Below are positions 40,709 through 51,606 of a stretch of 64,000 bases of DNA, one piece after another; the first letter of the stretch is position 1, and each line of letters opens with the position of its first letter. Below the pieces are notes generated by a model. It was given only the letters and a program-made list of their open reading frames with translations, was not told where the DNA came from and did not search any database. Source of the stretch: an uncultured Planctomycetota bacterium. GTDB taxonomy: Bacteria > Planctomycetota > Planctomycetia > Isosphaerales > Isosphaeraceae. Location of the stretch: positions 608,001 to 672,000 of the forward strand of contig CAWGMQ010000006.1 of assembly GCA_963823665.1 (NCBI GenBank), written 5' to 3'. The position numbers were made by a program, and so were the translations under genes.

Positions 40709-43700
40709 ATGGAACCCACGCTCCAAAACTTGATCAACCGGCTGAACGATCTCTCCGAGCAGTTCAACGAGCTGCGGGAGGGGATCGGCATGGCGATCGA
40801 TGGTGCTACGAGAGACCCCGAGATGGCGCTCATCCGGTCCCGCAAGGTGCTGGAGTACGTCGTCCGGGACGTGTTCCAGCGCAGGGTGCAGGAGCCGCCC
40901 GGCACTCGGCCCCTCGAGAGCCTGATCCAGCGGCTCGTCAAGGACGGCTACTTGCCGCCCAGACTCGAAGCCTACACGGAGACGATCCGTAAGCTGGGCA
41001 ACGTCGGGGCGCACCAGTTCGGTCAGAAGATCAGGGCGGCGGATGTATACCAGTCGCTCACGCAACTGATGCCGATCCTCGAATGGTTCTTCGAGGTCGA
41101 GCGCCCCGAAGCCGGCGTGAGACTCGACCTGCCGGACGAAATACGTTTCACGGAGACCGCCCCCAATCAGCCCGGCGGCGATCGGGCGAGCAAAAAACAG
41201 AACGCCGTGCTGCCGAAAGGGCTCCGCTCGTTCGACGCGAGCGACAGTGCCTTCTTCCTGCAACTGCTCCCCGGACCACGCGATCAGGACGGCCTGCCTG
41301 AAAGCATCCGCTTCTGGAAGCACCGCATCGAGGCGACCGACGATCCGTCATTCACGGTGGGTGTGATCTATGGCCCCAGCGGGTGCGGCAAGTCGTCGCT
41401 GGTCAAGGCTGGTCTTCTGCCCCGGCTCGCCAAGCGGATCACCTCCGTGTACGTCGAGGCGACCCCCGACGAGACTGAGACCCGGCTCCTCAATGGGCTC
41501 GGGAGAAAACTCGCCAGCTTGCCGGCGGATCTGGATCTGAGGGAGACCATCAGCGCAATCCGGCAGGGGCAAGGACTACGTGCCGATCAGAAGGTCGTCA
41601 TGGTCATCGACCAGTTCGAGCAGTGGCTCCACGCCAACCGGCACAAACAGGACACCGGACTGGCCCAGGCCCTGCGCCAGTGCGACGGCGAGCGCGTCCA
41701 GTGCGTCGTCATGGTGCGCGATGACTTCTGGATGGCCCTGACCCGATTCATGAGCGAGCTGGGAATCGAGCTTCATCAGGGACGTAATGCCGCCTCCGTC
41801 GATCTCTTCGACCTCATCCATGCCCGCCACGTGCTCGCAGCCTTCGGACGATCTTATGGACGATTGCCCGAAAGTCCGGAATCTCCGACCGGCGATCAGG
41901 AAACCTTCCTCGCCGATGCCGTCGAAGGGCTTTCGCAGGACGGCCGGGTGATCTCGATCCGCCTGGCGTTGTTCGCCGAGATGGTCAAGGGCAAGGCCTG
42001 GACACCCGCAACGCTCAAGGCGGTCGGGGGAACCGAGGGCGTCGGCGTGACATTTCTCGAAGAGACCTTCGGCTCAGCCACGCTGCGGTCGCATCAGAAG
42101 GCGGCTCAGGCGGTGTTGAAAGCCCTTTTGCCCGGCAGCGGCACGGACATCAAAGGACACATGCGGTCGCACGATGAACTTCGTGAGGCGTCAGGGTGCG
42201 CCGAACGTCCCAGGGAGTTCGACGACCTGCTGCGGATTCTGGATAGCGAGCTCCGGCTGATCACGCCGACGGATCCCGAAGGCTCAGTCGCCGGGGAACA
42301 ACCCGCTAAACCACAAGGAGTGCGTTTTTTTCAGTTGACCCACGATTATCTGGTCCACTCCTTGCGGCACTGGCTGACACGCAAGCAGCGGGAAACACGG
42401 AAAGGGCGTGCGGAGCTGCGGCTGGCAGAACGATCAGCAGTGTGGAGCGCCAAGCCCGAAAACCGCCATCTACCGTCTGCCCTCGAATGGGCAAACATCC
42501 GCTTGCTGACGACGACGAAGGACTGGTCAGAGCTGCAGACGAACATGATGAGGCGGGCGGGCCGGGTTCACGTTCTGCGGGGTCTGGGGCTAGCAGTACT
42601 GATCGCGTTGGTCACCTGGGCCGGTGTCGAGGGATACGGGACCGTGCGTGCCTCATCACTCGTCGAGTCGCTCAAGACCGCCAGCACCGCGGATGTGGAA
42701 CCGATCATCAAGCACCTTTCAGCGTACCGCCGCTGGGCCAAGGCTCCGCTGGTCCGCTTGCTGGGGGAATCGGAAAAAACCAGCCGCGAGCACCTCCACG
42801 CCAGTCTCGCCCTACTTCCGCTGGACGCAAGTCAGGGCGAGTACCTTTACGATCGCCTGCTCAACTCCAACCCGATCGAATTGCCGGTGATCTGGAAGCT
42901 GATACAAGATAACCATCAAGCTCCGGTTGATCGGCTCTGGAAAGTTCTGGACGACCCGAAAGCGGACAGAGACCAACGGTTCCGATCGGCGTGTGCGCTG
43001 GCGTTTGTCGACGCGGCGGCAGACAAAAAACGCTGGGATGCTGTCTCTGGCTTCGTCACCGATCGGCTGATGGAGGCGGTTCTCAAGAACCCCAGCCATT
43101 ACTCATCTCTGATCAAAACCCTGCAACCCGTGTGCGATCGGCTAATGGCTCCGCTGTCTCGAACCTCTCGAGACCAGGGCAAGCTGGAGTCCGAACGGTC
43201 CCTGGCGACGAGCATCCTGTCCGACTACGCCGCCGAGCGGCCGGACGTGCTGGCCGACCTGCTCATGGACGCCACTGGACCCCAGTTTGCCATGCTCTTC
43301 CCGAAGGTCCAAGCCGTGGCCTCGCAGGCTCTGACGGTCCTCGAGTCCGAGGTCGCCAGAAAGCCGACGCCCGAGGCCACGGAAGACGACAAGGATAAGG
43401 TTGCCCAGCGCCAGGCGCGGGCGGCGGTGGCGCTGGTGCGGCTAGGTCGAACCGAAAGGATCTGGCCTCTGCTGCGGCACAGCGCGGACCCCCGGCTCCG
43501 AAGTTTCATCGTCAACTGGCTCGCCCCCCTCGGTGCCGACCCGAAGCTGATCGTCGCCGAGTTCGACCGACTGCATTCACTCCCCATCCGAAAAATGGAC
43601 CGGGTTGCCAGCGCCATGGACGGAATCCTCTTCCACCCCGAGACGTCGATAAGGCGGGCGCTGATCCTGGCGGTGGCGGCGTACGGCACGGACGGACTGT

Positions 43701-44698
43701 CTCCCGGCGAGCGTGAGCCTCTGGTCGGCAAGCTGCTGGATCTCTATCGCAACGACCCTGACGCTGGAATCCACGGGGCGGCGGAGTGGGCGCTCCGGCA
43801 GTGGAGGAACGACGAGAAACTGAAGGCGATCGACACCGAGCTATCGAAACTCAAGGACCGGGGCGAGCGTCGCTGGCTCGTGAACAGCCAGGGGCAGACG
43901 TTCGCCGTGATCGAGGGTCCGGTGGAGTTCCTCATGGGGTCGCCGCCCGCGGAGCCGGAGCATGACAGCGACGAAACAACACACCGTGTGGTCATTCCCC
44001 GCGCCTTTGCCATCGCCGCCAAAGAGGTCTCCAAGGAACAGTGGCAGGCATTCGCGAAGCAGAATCCCGATTGGGATATTGATGCAGCGAGTGTGAATAA
44101 ATTCAGCCCCGACCCGAACGGCCCGATGATAGGGTTTTCCTGGTATACCGCCGCTGCCTTCTGCAACTGGCTCAGCGAGCAGGAGGGGTTGCCGAAGGAA
44201 CAGTGGTGCTACCTTCCCGCCGAAAACGGCAACTACACGACGGGGATGACGATCCCCGCCGACGTTCTCCTGCGCAAGGGCTATCGCCTTCCGACCGAGG
44301 CGGAGTGGGAATTTGCATGCAGGTCAGGCACGACGACGAGTCGCTACTACGGTCTCTCGCTCGAATTGCTCGACGGGTATGCTCGGTACCAGCTTAACAG
44401 CAAGGGGCACGCCTGGACGTGCGGGAGTCTCCGACCGAATGACTTTGGGTTGTTCGACATGCTGGGGAACATGTACGAATGGGTGCAAGACGAAGAGTAC
44501 GCGTACAAGGCAGGCCAGGCTGATGCTACACTAGATTCTATAAAGAATATTTCACATGTAAATGACACCAATCGTGTGCTTCGGGGCGGGGCGTTCGTCT
44601 ATGAATCGTCGTTCGTCCGCGCAGCGCACCGTCCCGGGAACCTGCCGGTGATCCGTAGCGCGAATTACGGCTTCCGCCCCGCCAGGACTTACCCCTGA
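40709..44698 (+). CDS. DUF4145 (HEPN-like)-nSTAND1 NTPase-TM-helical repeats-FGE-sulfatase (SUMF1-like) protein
   Basis: RKVLE...IRKLGNVGAH; PKGLRSFD, Walker A GPSGCGKSS, Walker B VIDQFEQ, LTHDYLV; TM GLGLAVLIALVTWAG; FLMGSP, YRLPTEAEWEFACR, PNDFGLFDMLGNMYEW, RVLRGG, GFRPAR. Confidence 0.88.
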   Translation: MEPTLQNLINRLNDLSEQFNELREGIGMAIDGATRDPEMALIRSRKVLEYVVRDVFQRRVQEPPGTRPLESLIQRLVKDGYLPPRLEAYTETIRKLGNVGAHQFGQKIRAADVYQSLTQLMPILEWFFEVERPEAGVRLDLPDEIRFTETAPNQPGGDRASKKQNAVLPKGLRSFDASDSAFFLQLLPGPRDQDGLPESIRFWKHRIEATDDPSFTVGVIYGPSGCGKSSLVKAGLLPRLAKRITSVYVEATPDETETRLLNGLGRKLASLPADLDLRETISAIRQGQGLRADQKVVMVIDQFEQWLHANRHKQDTGLAQALRQCDGERVQCVVMVRDDFWMALTRFMSELGIELHQGRNAASVDLFDLIHARHVLAAFGRSYGRLPESPESPTGDQETFLADAVEGLSQDGRVISIRLALFAEMVKGKAWTPATLKAVGGTEGVGVTFLEETFGSATLRSHQKAAQAVLKALLPGSGTDIKGHMRSHDELREASGCAERPREFDDLLRILDSELRLITPTDPEGSVAGEQPAKPQGVRFFQLTHDYLVHSLRHWLTRKQRETRKGRAELRLAERSAVWSAKPENRHLPSALEWANIRLLTTTKDWSELQTNMMRRAGRVHVLRGLGLAVLIALVTWAGVEGYGTVRASSLVESLKTASTADVEPIIKHLSAYRRWAKAPLVRLLGESEKTSREHLHASLALLPLDASQGEYLYDRLLNSNPIELPVIWKLIQDNHQAPVDRLWKVLDDPKADRDQRFRSACALAFVDAAADKKRWDAVSGFVTDRLMEAVLKNPSHYSSLIKTLQPVCDRLMAPLSRTSRDQGKLESERSLATSILSDYAAERPDVLADLLMDATGPQFAMLFPKVQAVASQALTVLESEVARKPTPEATEDDKDKVAQRQARAAVALVRLGRTERIWPLLRHSADPRLRSFIVNWLAPLGADPKLIVAEFDRLHSLPIRKMDRVASAMDGILFHPETSIRRALILAVAAYGTDGLSPGEREPLVGKLLDLYRNDPDAGIHGAAEWALRQWRNDEKLKAIDTELSKLKDRGERRWLVNSQGQTFAVIEGPVEFLMGSPPAEPEHDSDETTHRVVIPRAFAIAAKEVSKEQWQAFAKQNPDWDIDAASVNKFSPDPNGPMIGFSWYTAAAFCNWLSEQEGLPKEQWCYLPAENGNYTTGMTIPADVLLRKGYRLPTEAEWEFACRSGTTTSRYYGLSLELLDGYARYQLNSKGHAWTCGSLRPNDFGLFDMLGNMYEWVQDEEYAYKAGQADATLDSIKNISHVNDTNRVLRGGAFVYESSFVRAAHRPGNLPVIRSANYGFRPARTYP

Positions 44699-44704
44699 GA
44701 AGTT

Positions 44705-44932
44705 CTACCACTTTACTACTGCCACCGGACCAGCCCAGGTCACGAGCAGAGAATGTGGGTTGTGGGAGACGACGGTGCAAGAAATCTTGAGCGGATGGAG
44801 GACAACCACTTTGACAGTGCCGCCAGTCAGGAGGGCTCCGAGCACGTGGCCAGCTTCGTGGACGGCCATCATGCCCAGCCAAGCGAGCGGAACGGCCGAG
44901 CCGATCAGGACAAACTGGTCAGCTCGCCGCAT
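44705..44932 (-). pseudogene. Truncated M50-family membrane metallopeptidase (75 aa)
   Basis: TM helix plus HEAGH, then WAGP followed by an abrupt stop. Confidence 0.6.
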
Positions 44933-45199
44933 GGGAGTACCTCAACCACGTGAAAGCCTGGACGAGTGCCAACCTTGGCCGAATCTCCCGTGTGATGGTT
45001 GGCATTGGGTCGCCCTTCTGGTAGTTTTTCCTTGAAATAAACCGATGCGGCGGGGTTCAATCGTTAGCGAGTCGAAGCGATTCCTCCCGGACGTGATGAG
45101 CCGCACCAAGGCATAAGTACCGGCGTTGCCCCCTTCCCGCGATCGGCGCGATCGAAGCGCCGGAAGCAGGATCGACGGGCTGCCCCGGTGGGGTGGGTT

Positions 45200-48100
45200 A
45201 TGAATCCGACCGTCTTAGCGATGAAACGCCCAATCACGACCCTCATGCTGGTCGTGGCGCTGATCAGTGGGGGCATCTATGCCGGGACGAGTATGCGGGT
45301 GGACATCTTCCCCTCGCTGAACGTTCCGAAGATCTACGTGTTCCTCGATTATATCGGGATGAGCCCGGACCAGATGGAGGGGTTCATCGTCAACGAGCTG
45401 GAACTGTATTTCCAGTACGTGGATGGCATCAAGGATATCAATACCCGGAACATTCAGCAGGTGGCCTTGTGCGAGCTTTCGTTCTTCAACGGTACCGACA
45501 TGGGCCAGGCGATGGCCCAGGTGGTAGCGATGTCGGACCGGGCGATGTCGTGGATGCCCAAGGGAACCTTGCCGCCGATGATCATGCGCATGGACGCAGG
45601 CAGCGTCCCCGTCGGCTACCTTGTGTTCGAGAGCACGGAAACCTCGCTGGGGGCGATGGGCGACCTGGCGCAAAACATCATCCGGCCGCTGGTGCAGCAG
45701 AACGTTCCCGGCACCGTCGCGATCTCGCCGTTCGGCCCGAACATGCGGTCGATCGTCGTGAATGTCGATCCCAACAAGCTTCTCGACTACAACCTGACCC
45801 CACAGCAGGTCATCGCAGCCTTGGCCAAGGGGAATACGGTCATTCCGGCGGGCAACATCTACATCAAGGACTCGATGCCGGTCGTCGCCAACAATGCCAC
45901 CGTTGTCGACATCCAGAAACTGGGGAGCATTCCGCTCAAGCTGGAGAGGAACGTCTACCTCCGCGACGTGGCGACCATCCAGGACTACGTGGATATCACG
46001 TATGGATACGCGCTGGTCAACGGCAAGAACTCGGTCTATTTGCCGATCATCAAGAAGGACACCGGATCGACCCTGACCGTCGTGGCCGACATCCACAAGA
46101 ACATGAAGACGTTCCGCGAAGCCGTGCCCGAGGACGTCACGATCAATTTCGAGTTCGATGAGTCGCCCACGGTCGTGGCGGCGGTCAAGAGCGTCGCCAC
46201 CGAGGGGCTGATCGGCGCAGGCTTGACCGGACTGATGATCCTGCTCTTCCTGCGCGACCCGCGCAGCGTGATCGTGGTGGTGTCCAATATTCCGCTGGCG
46301 CTACTGGGGTCGCTCCTTGGGCTCTACATGACGGGCAACACGATCAACATCATGTCGCTGGGCGGGATGGCGCTGGCAATCGGCATCTTGGTCGACGAGG
46401 CGACGGTGACGATCGAGAACGTGCACGTCCAGATGGAGCACACGTCACACATCGCCACCGCGGTGCTGCACGCGAGCAACGCCACGGCGGTTCCCAGGTT
46501 GCTGGCGCTGCTTTGCATCCTGTCGGTATTCATTCCGGCGTTCATCATGGAAGACCCATTGCGGTCGCTCTTCATGCCGCTGACCCTGGGTGTCGGATTT
46601 GCCATGATCTCGTCGTACATTCTCTCGAGCACGTTTGTGCCAATCCTGTGCGTGAGGCTGCTCAAGCACCACGGAGGCCATGGCGAAAAGAAGCAGGGGC
46701 TGTTCGACCGGTTTCTCAAGCTTTACGGCACGGCGGTAAGCTGGTTCGTGCGGCTGCGGTGGCTGACCGTGTCAATCTATCTGATAGCAAGTGCCCTGAT
46801 CCTGGGGGGACTGGGAATCCAGGTCGGCCGGGAGCTGTTCCCTCAGATCGATTCCGGGGAGTTCGTGCTGCGGTTCCGGCCTCCGCCTGGCTCGAACTTC
46901 GAGCTGACGCGGCAGATGGCACTCAAGTGCCTCGAGGAGATCGAGCGCGAGGCAAAGCCGGAAAACATCGAGATCACGATGGGCTACGTCGGGCAGGTTG
47001 CCCCGAACTTCGGCATCGACAACATGGTGCTGTTCATGCGCGGGCCGGACGACGGCCAGTTGCGGGTGGCACTCTCCGAGGCGAGCGGAATCAAGCTCGA
47101 CCGATTCCGCGAGCGCCTGCGCGAAGTGCTGCCCAAGAATGTGATTCCCTGGATGGCGAAGCGGCTCGAGCAGGGCGGTTTGTCCCCTGCGGACGCGCAG
47201 CGACAGGCGAAGTTGTCGACCTTCGGCTTCGAGCCCGGAGACATCGTGACCACCGTCATGAGCTTCGGCTCCTCGACGCCCATCGCCGTGCGAATCGTCG
47301 GCACCGACCTGAAGCTGGTGCGGCAGCACGCGGAGAAGATTGCCGCCAACATGCGGCGCATCCCGTTCCTCAAAGATGTGGGATTTGTCCAGCAGCTTGA
47401 CTACCCCACGGTGGAGCTGGACATCGATCGCGAAAAGGCCGGGCTCTCCGGCGCCCAGGTCGAGGACGTGGGCCACGCGGTTGTCATGGCAACGTCGTCA
47501 ACGCGCTTCGCCTCGCTCAACTACTGGATCGACGTGAAGACCGGCTTCGACTACCTCGTTCAGATCCAGGTACCGCCGCTCAGGATCGAGAAGCCGGAAG
47601 ACGTCGAAACGTTGCCGGTGGAATCGGTCAACCCACTGGTCAATCTGATGATTCGCGACGTGGCGTCGGTTAAGAAGGGTGTGCGGCCCGGCGAGATCGA
47701 CCGTGACATGTCGCAGCGCTATGTGACGCTCACGGCCAATGTCGAGGGCGAGGACATGGGCCGCGCGGCAGACCAGGTCGCCCGTGCGCTCTCCGCCGCC
47801 GGCGATCCGCCCCGCGGAGTGCGCGTACAGACGATGGGCCAGCTTCCCCCGATGCTCGAGATGTTCCAGTCGCTGGGAATCGGGCTTGGCGTCGCCGTGT
47901 TCGTGATCTTCGTGCTCTTGACCGCATATTTTCAGTCGCCGCGGCTCGCGCTGATCTCAATCGGCGCGGTGCCGGGCGTTCTCGCGGGCATCGCGACCAT
48001 TCTCTACTTCACGAACACGTCGCTGAACATCGAATCATTCATGGGTTCGATCATGTGCCTGGGCGTCTCGGTATCGAATTCGGTGATGCTCGTGACCTTC

Positions 48101-48571
48101 ATCGACGAGCACTGGAAGGCCGGCGCCTCTTCGACCGAGGCGGCCATAAAGGGCGCGAGCGAGCGGCTGCGGCCCATTCTGATGACAGCGTGCGCGATGA
48201 CCGTCGGCATGGTGCCGATGGCGCTGGCGCTGGAACGTGGGAGCCAGATGCAGGCGCCGTTGGGCCGGGCGGTCATCGGCGGGCTCGTGATGTCAACGTT
48301 CGCCACATTGCTCATTGTGCCGTCGATCTTCGCAGTTGTGATCGGCAAGAAGGAGGCCCGCTCGGCGTCGATTTACCCGGACGACAAGGAGAGCTCGCAC
48401 TACGACCCGGACGCGTATGCCCACGAAGGCCAGGAAGGCGGCGAGGCCGGCTCGCCGGGATCGCACGCTTCGGCGGCGGGCTCGTCCCAGAAACACGAAG
48501 TGAATGACGACCTGAACCACGGCGACGACGATGCCGGCCATGCGACGGGAGGCGCAACTGATGGACGTTGA
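45200..48571 (+). CDS. RND efflux permease (AcrB/CzcA/NolG superfamily)
   Basis: VDIFP, TINIMSLGGMALAIGILVDEATVTIEN, FPQIDSG, ERLRPILMT, APLGRAVIGG. Confidence 0.95.
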   Translation: MNPTVLAMKRPITTLMLVVALISGGIYAGTSMRVDIFPSLNVPKIYVFLDYIGMSPDQMEGFIVNELELYFQYVDGIKDINTRNIQQVALCELSFFNGTDMGQAMAQVVAMSDRAMSWMPKGTLPPMIMRMDAGSVPVGYLVFESTETSLGAMGDLAQNIIRPLVQQNVPGTVAISPFGPNMRSIVVNVDPNKLLDYNLTPQQVIAALAKGNTVIPAGNIYIKDSMPVVANNATVVDIQKLGSIPLKLERNVYLRDVATIQDYVDITYGYALVNGKNSVYLPIIKKDTGSTLTVVADIHKNMKTFREAVPEDVTINFEFDESPTVVAAVKSVATEGLIGAGLTGLMILLFLRDPRSVIVVVSNIPLALLGSLLGLYMTGNTINIMSLGGMALAIGILVDEATVTIENVHVQMEHTSHIATAVLHASNATAVPRLLALLCILSVFIPAFIMEDPLRSLFMPLTLGVGFAMISSYILSSTFVPILCVRLLKHHGGHGEKKQGLFDRFLKLYGTAVSWFVRLRWLTVSIYLIASALILGGLGIQVGRELFPQIDSGEFVLRFRPPPGSNFELTRQMALKCLEEIEREAKPENIEITMGYVGQVAPNFGIDNMVLFMRGPDDGQLRVALSEASGIKLDRFRERLREVLPKNVIPWMAKRLEQGGLSPADAQRQAKLSTFGFEPGDIVTTVMSFGSSTPIAVRIVGTDLKLVRQHAEKIAANMRRIPFLKDVGFVQQLDYPTVELDIDREKAGLSGAQVEDVGHAVVMATSSTRFASLNYWIDVKTGFDYLVQIQVPPLRIEKPEDVETLPVESVNPLVNLMIRDVASVKKGVRPGEIDRDMSQRYVTLTANVEGEDMGRAADQVARALSAAGDPPRGVRVQTMGQLPPMLEMFQSLGIGLGVAVFVIFVLLTAYFQSPRLALISIGAVPGVLAGIATILYFTNTSLNIESFMGSIMCLGVSVSNSVMLVTFIDEHWKAGASSTEAAIKGASERLRPILMTACAMTVGMVPMALALERGSQMQAPLGRAVIGGLVMSTFATLLIVPSIFAVVIGKKEARSASIYPDDKESSHYDPDAYAHEGQEGGEAGSPGSHASAAGSSQKHEVNDDLNHGDDDAGHATGGATDGR

Positions 48572-50036
48572 TGGGATGACCGCGTGGTGGTTCTTGGGAC
48601 GATCCGTTGCTCGGAGTACTCTGATGCGGCAGGCGCGAGCGTGGCGCGTTTTCGGTCTCGTCGCTTTCGCGGCGACGGCCGGCTGCGGCCAGCAGGCGAA
48701 GATCGACTTCACCGATAACTCAAAACCCCCGCTCGTGCAGGTGATCAAGCCGCCGGTCCGCACCATTGTGCGCATCGTCGGGCAGCCCAGCTTCATCGAG
48801 AGCTTTGAGCGCACGTCGATCTTCAACAAGCCGACCGCTTATATCGATAAGTGGATCGTGGACATCGGCGACAAAGTGAAGAAGAACGACGTGCTGGCCA
48901 ACCTGTTCGCGCCCGAGCTGGTCGAAGAGCTGGCGTCGAAGACGGCGGCAGTCGTGCTCGACCGAGAACGGATCGCACTGGCCAAGGAAGAGGTGGAAGT
49001 GGCCAGGGCGGATGTCGCGGCGGCCGACGCCCGCGTGAAGGAAGCCGAGGAGATCTTGAAGCGGTATCAGGCCGAAGTCGACCGGTGGGATACCGAGGTC
49101 AAGCGGCTCGAGCGTCAAGTTGAGTCCGTCGTGATCGATCGCCGGGTCCTCTTCGAGTCAACCAATCAGCTCCATTCAAGCACCGCGGCGCGCGACAAGG
49201 CGATAGCGACCATCAAGCGGGCAAAGGCAGAGCTGGACTTTGCCCGAGCGACACTTGCCAAGAGCCAGGTGGATGTCAGGGTTACCGAGGCCGACTTGAA
49301 AGTGGCCCAGAGCGAGGAACGATATGCGAAAGCCTGGGTGGACTATCTCACGCTCCGCGCCCCGTTCGACGGCGTGATCACAGCCCGAAACGCAAATACT
49401 TTCGATTTCGTCATGCCCGCCACCGGCGACCCGACGGCGTTCTACCTCTCCCCGGATATCGCGCCCGGGGGTGCGGCGCCGATCTATGTGGTGGACCGGG
49501 TCGACGTCGTCCGGATCTTCGTGGATATCCCCGAGCAGGACGCCAACTTTGTGCACCCGGGGTCCAAAGCGACGGTGATTGCGAAGGCTTACCGCGATGA
49601 GCCGCTCGAAGGCACCGTCACACGCATCGCATGGGCCCTCAATCAGAAGAGCCGCACGCTTCGCGCCGAGATCGACCTCAAGAACCCCGGCAGTCAGCTC
49701 TTGCCGGGGGTATATGCGTACGTCAATTTGAGGATCGAGCGCCCGGGTGTGCGAGCGATGCCTGAGTCGGCGCTTTCGCACTCCGGCGACCAGGCGTATT
49801 ACTGGTCATACGAGAATGGGCGTGCGGTGAAGACGGAGGTACAAACAGGAGTCAGCGACGGCGAGTGGATTGAAGTCATCAATCGCCGAATTCCTTCTTC
49901 CGGCGAAATGGCTGAGGCTGAACCTCCGTGGCAACCGATTGACGGGACGGAGCAAGTAATCCTTGGCGACCTGGCGCTGCACGTCGACGGTGCACCGGTA
50001 GAAGTCGGACCGGCGACGGAGGGCGCAAAACCGTGA
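48561..50036 (+). CDS. RND periplasmic adaptor (MFP), lipoprotein-like
   Basis: ATAGC lipobox, VDIGDKVKK, long coiled coil, LRAPFDGVIT, SRTLRAEIDL, LLPG; start uncertain. Confidence 0.9.
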   Translation: MDVDGMTAWWFLGRSVARSTLMRQARAWRVFGLVAFAATAGCGQQAKIDFTDNSKPPLVQVIKPPVRTIVRIVGQPSFIESFERTSIFNKPTAYIDKWIVDIGDKVKKNDVLANLFAPELVEELASKTAAVVLDRERIALAKEEVEVARADVAAADARVKEAEEILKRYQAEVDRWDTEVKRLERQVESVVIDRRVLFESTNQLHSSTAARDKAIATIKRAKAELDFARATLAKSQVDVRVTEADLKVAQSEERYAKAWVDYLTLRAPFDGVITARNANTFDFVMPATGDPTAFYLSPDIAPGGAAPIYVVDRVDVVRIFVDIPEQDANFVHPGSKATVIAKAYRDEPLEGTVTRIAWALNQKSRTLRAEIDLKNPGSQLLPGVYAYVNLRIERPGVRAMPESALSHSGDQAYYWSYENGRAVKTEVQTGVSDGEWIEVINRRIPSSGEMAEAEPPWQPIDGTEQVILGDLALHVDGAPVEVGPATEGAKP

Positions 50037-51592
50037 TGGGGCACTCCGTCGTCTCGGCAGCCAGACCAGATCGTCCGGCCGGATTCGGCTGGCGCGCGTG
50101 CATTCTCCTCGCGGGCTTCCTCGCAGTTCTGGTGGCGCCGGGATGCGAACAGAAGCCGAAGAATGACTACAAAAGCGTGGACGAGCCGCCGGCCGTGCGC
50201 CTGGTCAAGCCGCAAGTCCGGACTATCGTTCGCACAGTCGCGCAGCCCAGCTTCGTGCAGAGCTTTGAGCGGTCGTCCGTCTTTCCGAAAATGAATGCGT
50301 ATATCCTCAAGTGGAATGTCGACATCGGCGACAAGGTGAAGAAGGGCGATGTGCTCGCCAACCTGTTTGTGCCGGAGCTAATTGCCGACCACCAGACGAA
50401 GCAGGCGATGGTCGTGCTCGACCGGGAGCGCATCGCGCTGGCCAAGGAGGTGGTGGAGGTGGCCAAGGCCGACGTCGAAGCGGCCGTTGCGCGGCTCGAG
50501 GAGGCCCGGGCTGAGCTCGCTGGCTATAAGGCCGAGGCCGAGCGCTGGGACTCGGAGGTCAAGCGGCTCGAAGCCGAGCTCAAAAGGGGTGTCGTCAATC
50601 CGCAGGATGTTCTTCAGACCACGAACCGATGGAAGGCGACAGTCGCCGCGCGGGATTCTGCCGGTGCGACCGTTTTGAAGGCGGATGCCGAGCTGCTCTC
50701 GCGGCGGTCTGCGCTCGCGAAGGCCGGGATCGGCGTGGACGTGGCGGAAGCCGCGCTGAAAGTGGCCCAAAGCGAGGAAAAGCGGCTTCAGGCGTGGGTC
50801 GACTATCTCGTCTTGCCCGCGCCGTACGACGGCATTATCGTCGGCCGCAACGCCAACACGTTCGACCTCGTCCTCCCTGCCAAGGGCGACCCGTCCGCAT
50901 TTTCGCATTCTCCGTTCCTGTCGCCCTCGGGTGCTTCCGCGCCGATCTACGTCGTCGACCGCACCGACATCGTTCGCGTTTTCGTCGATATACCCGAGCG
51001 CGATGCCAACTATGTTCAACAGGGCTCCAAGGCATCGGTGTTGATCAAGGCATTCCGCGACCTGCCGATCTCGGGCACGGTCACGCGCACGTCCTGGGCG
51101 CTGAACATCAAGAGCCGCACGCTTCGCGCCGAGATCGACCTGCCCAACACCAACAGCCAGATCCTGCCGGGGATGTACGCGTATGCCAGCGTGAAAATCG
51201 AGCGACCGGGCGTGTGGACGCTGCCCTTGTCAGCCCTCATGCACCAGGGCGACCGAACCATCCTGCAAGTCGGCGAAAAGGTGTTCTGCTGGGTGTACAA
51301 GGATGGACACGCAAGCCGCATCGAGATGGAAACGGGTGTCATCGGTGACCTCGACCCGGAGAGCGGCGACCAGTGGATCGAGGTCACCAATCGACGCGCC
51401 GCGGGCGCATCGCCGGGGTCATCCGCCGGCGGGCGCTGGACGCCGATTGACGGATCGGAGGACGTCATCCTGGGCGATCTGTCGACTCTCGCCGAAGGCA
51501 ATGCCGTCAAGGTCGCTCCGCCAGCCAAGACAAAGAAGGCTGGAGGCGAACCGCCCGATCGTCGAGCCAGGAAGAGCCAGGCGAAGAAGTGA
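50033..51592 (+). CDS. Second RND periplasmic adaptor (MFP), paralogue of the preceding gene
   Basis: VAPGC lipobox, VDIGDKVKKGDVL, APYDGII, SRTLRAEIDL, ILPGMYA. Confidence 0.9.
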   Translation: MMGHSVVSAARPDRPAGFGWRACILLAGFLAVLVAPGCEQKPKNDYKSVDEPPAVRLVKPQVRTIVRTVAQPSFVQSFERSSVFPKMNAYILKWNVDIGDKVKKGDVLANLFVPELIADHQTKQAMVVLDRERIALAKEVVEVAKADVEAAVARLEEARAELAGYKAEAERWDSEVKRLEAELKRGVVNPQDVLQTTNRWKATVAARDSAGATVLKADAELLSRRSALAKAGIGVDVAEAALKVAQSEEKRLQAWVDYLVLPAPYDGIIVGRNANTFDLVLPAKGDPSAFSHSPFLSPSGASAPIYVVDRTDIVRVFVDIPERDANYVQQGSKASVLIKAFRDLPISGTVTRTSWALNIKSRTLRAEIDLPNTNSQILPGMYAYASVKIERPGVWTLPLSALMHQGDRTILQVGEKVFCWVYKDGHASRIEMETGVIGDLDPESGDQWIEVTNRRAAGASPGSSAGGRWTPIDGSEDVILGDLSTLAEGNAVKVAPPAKTKKAGGEPPDRRARKSQAKK

Positions 51593-51606
51593 TTCCAGCC
51601 GGTGAT

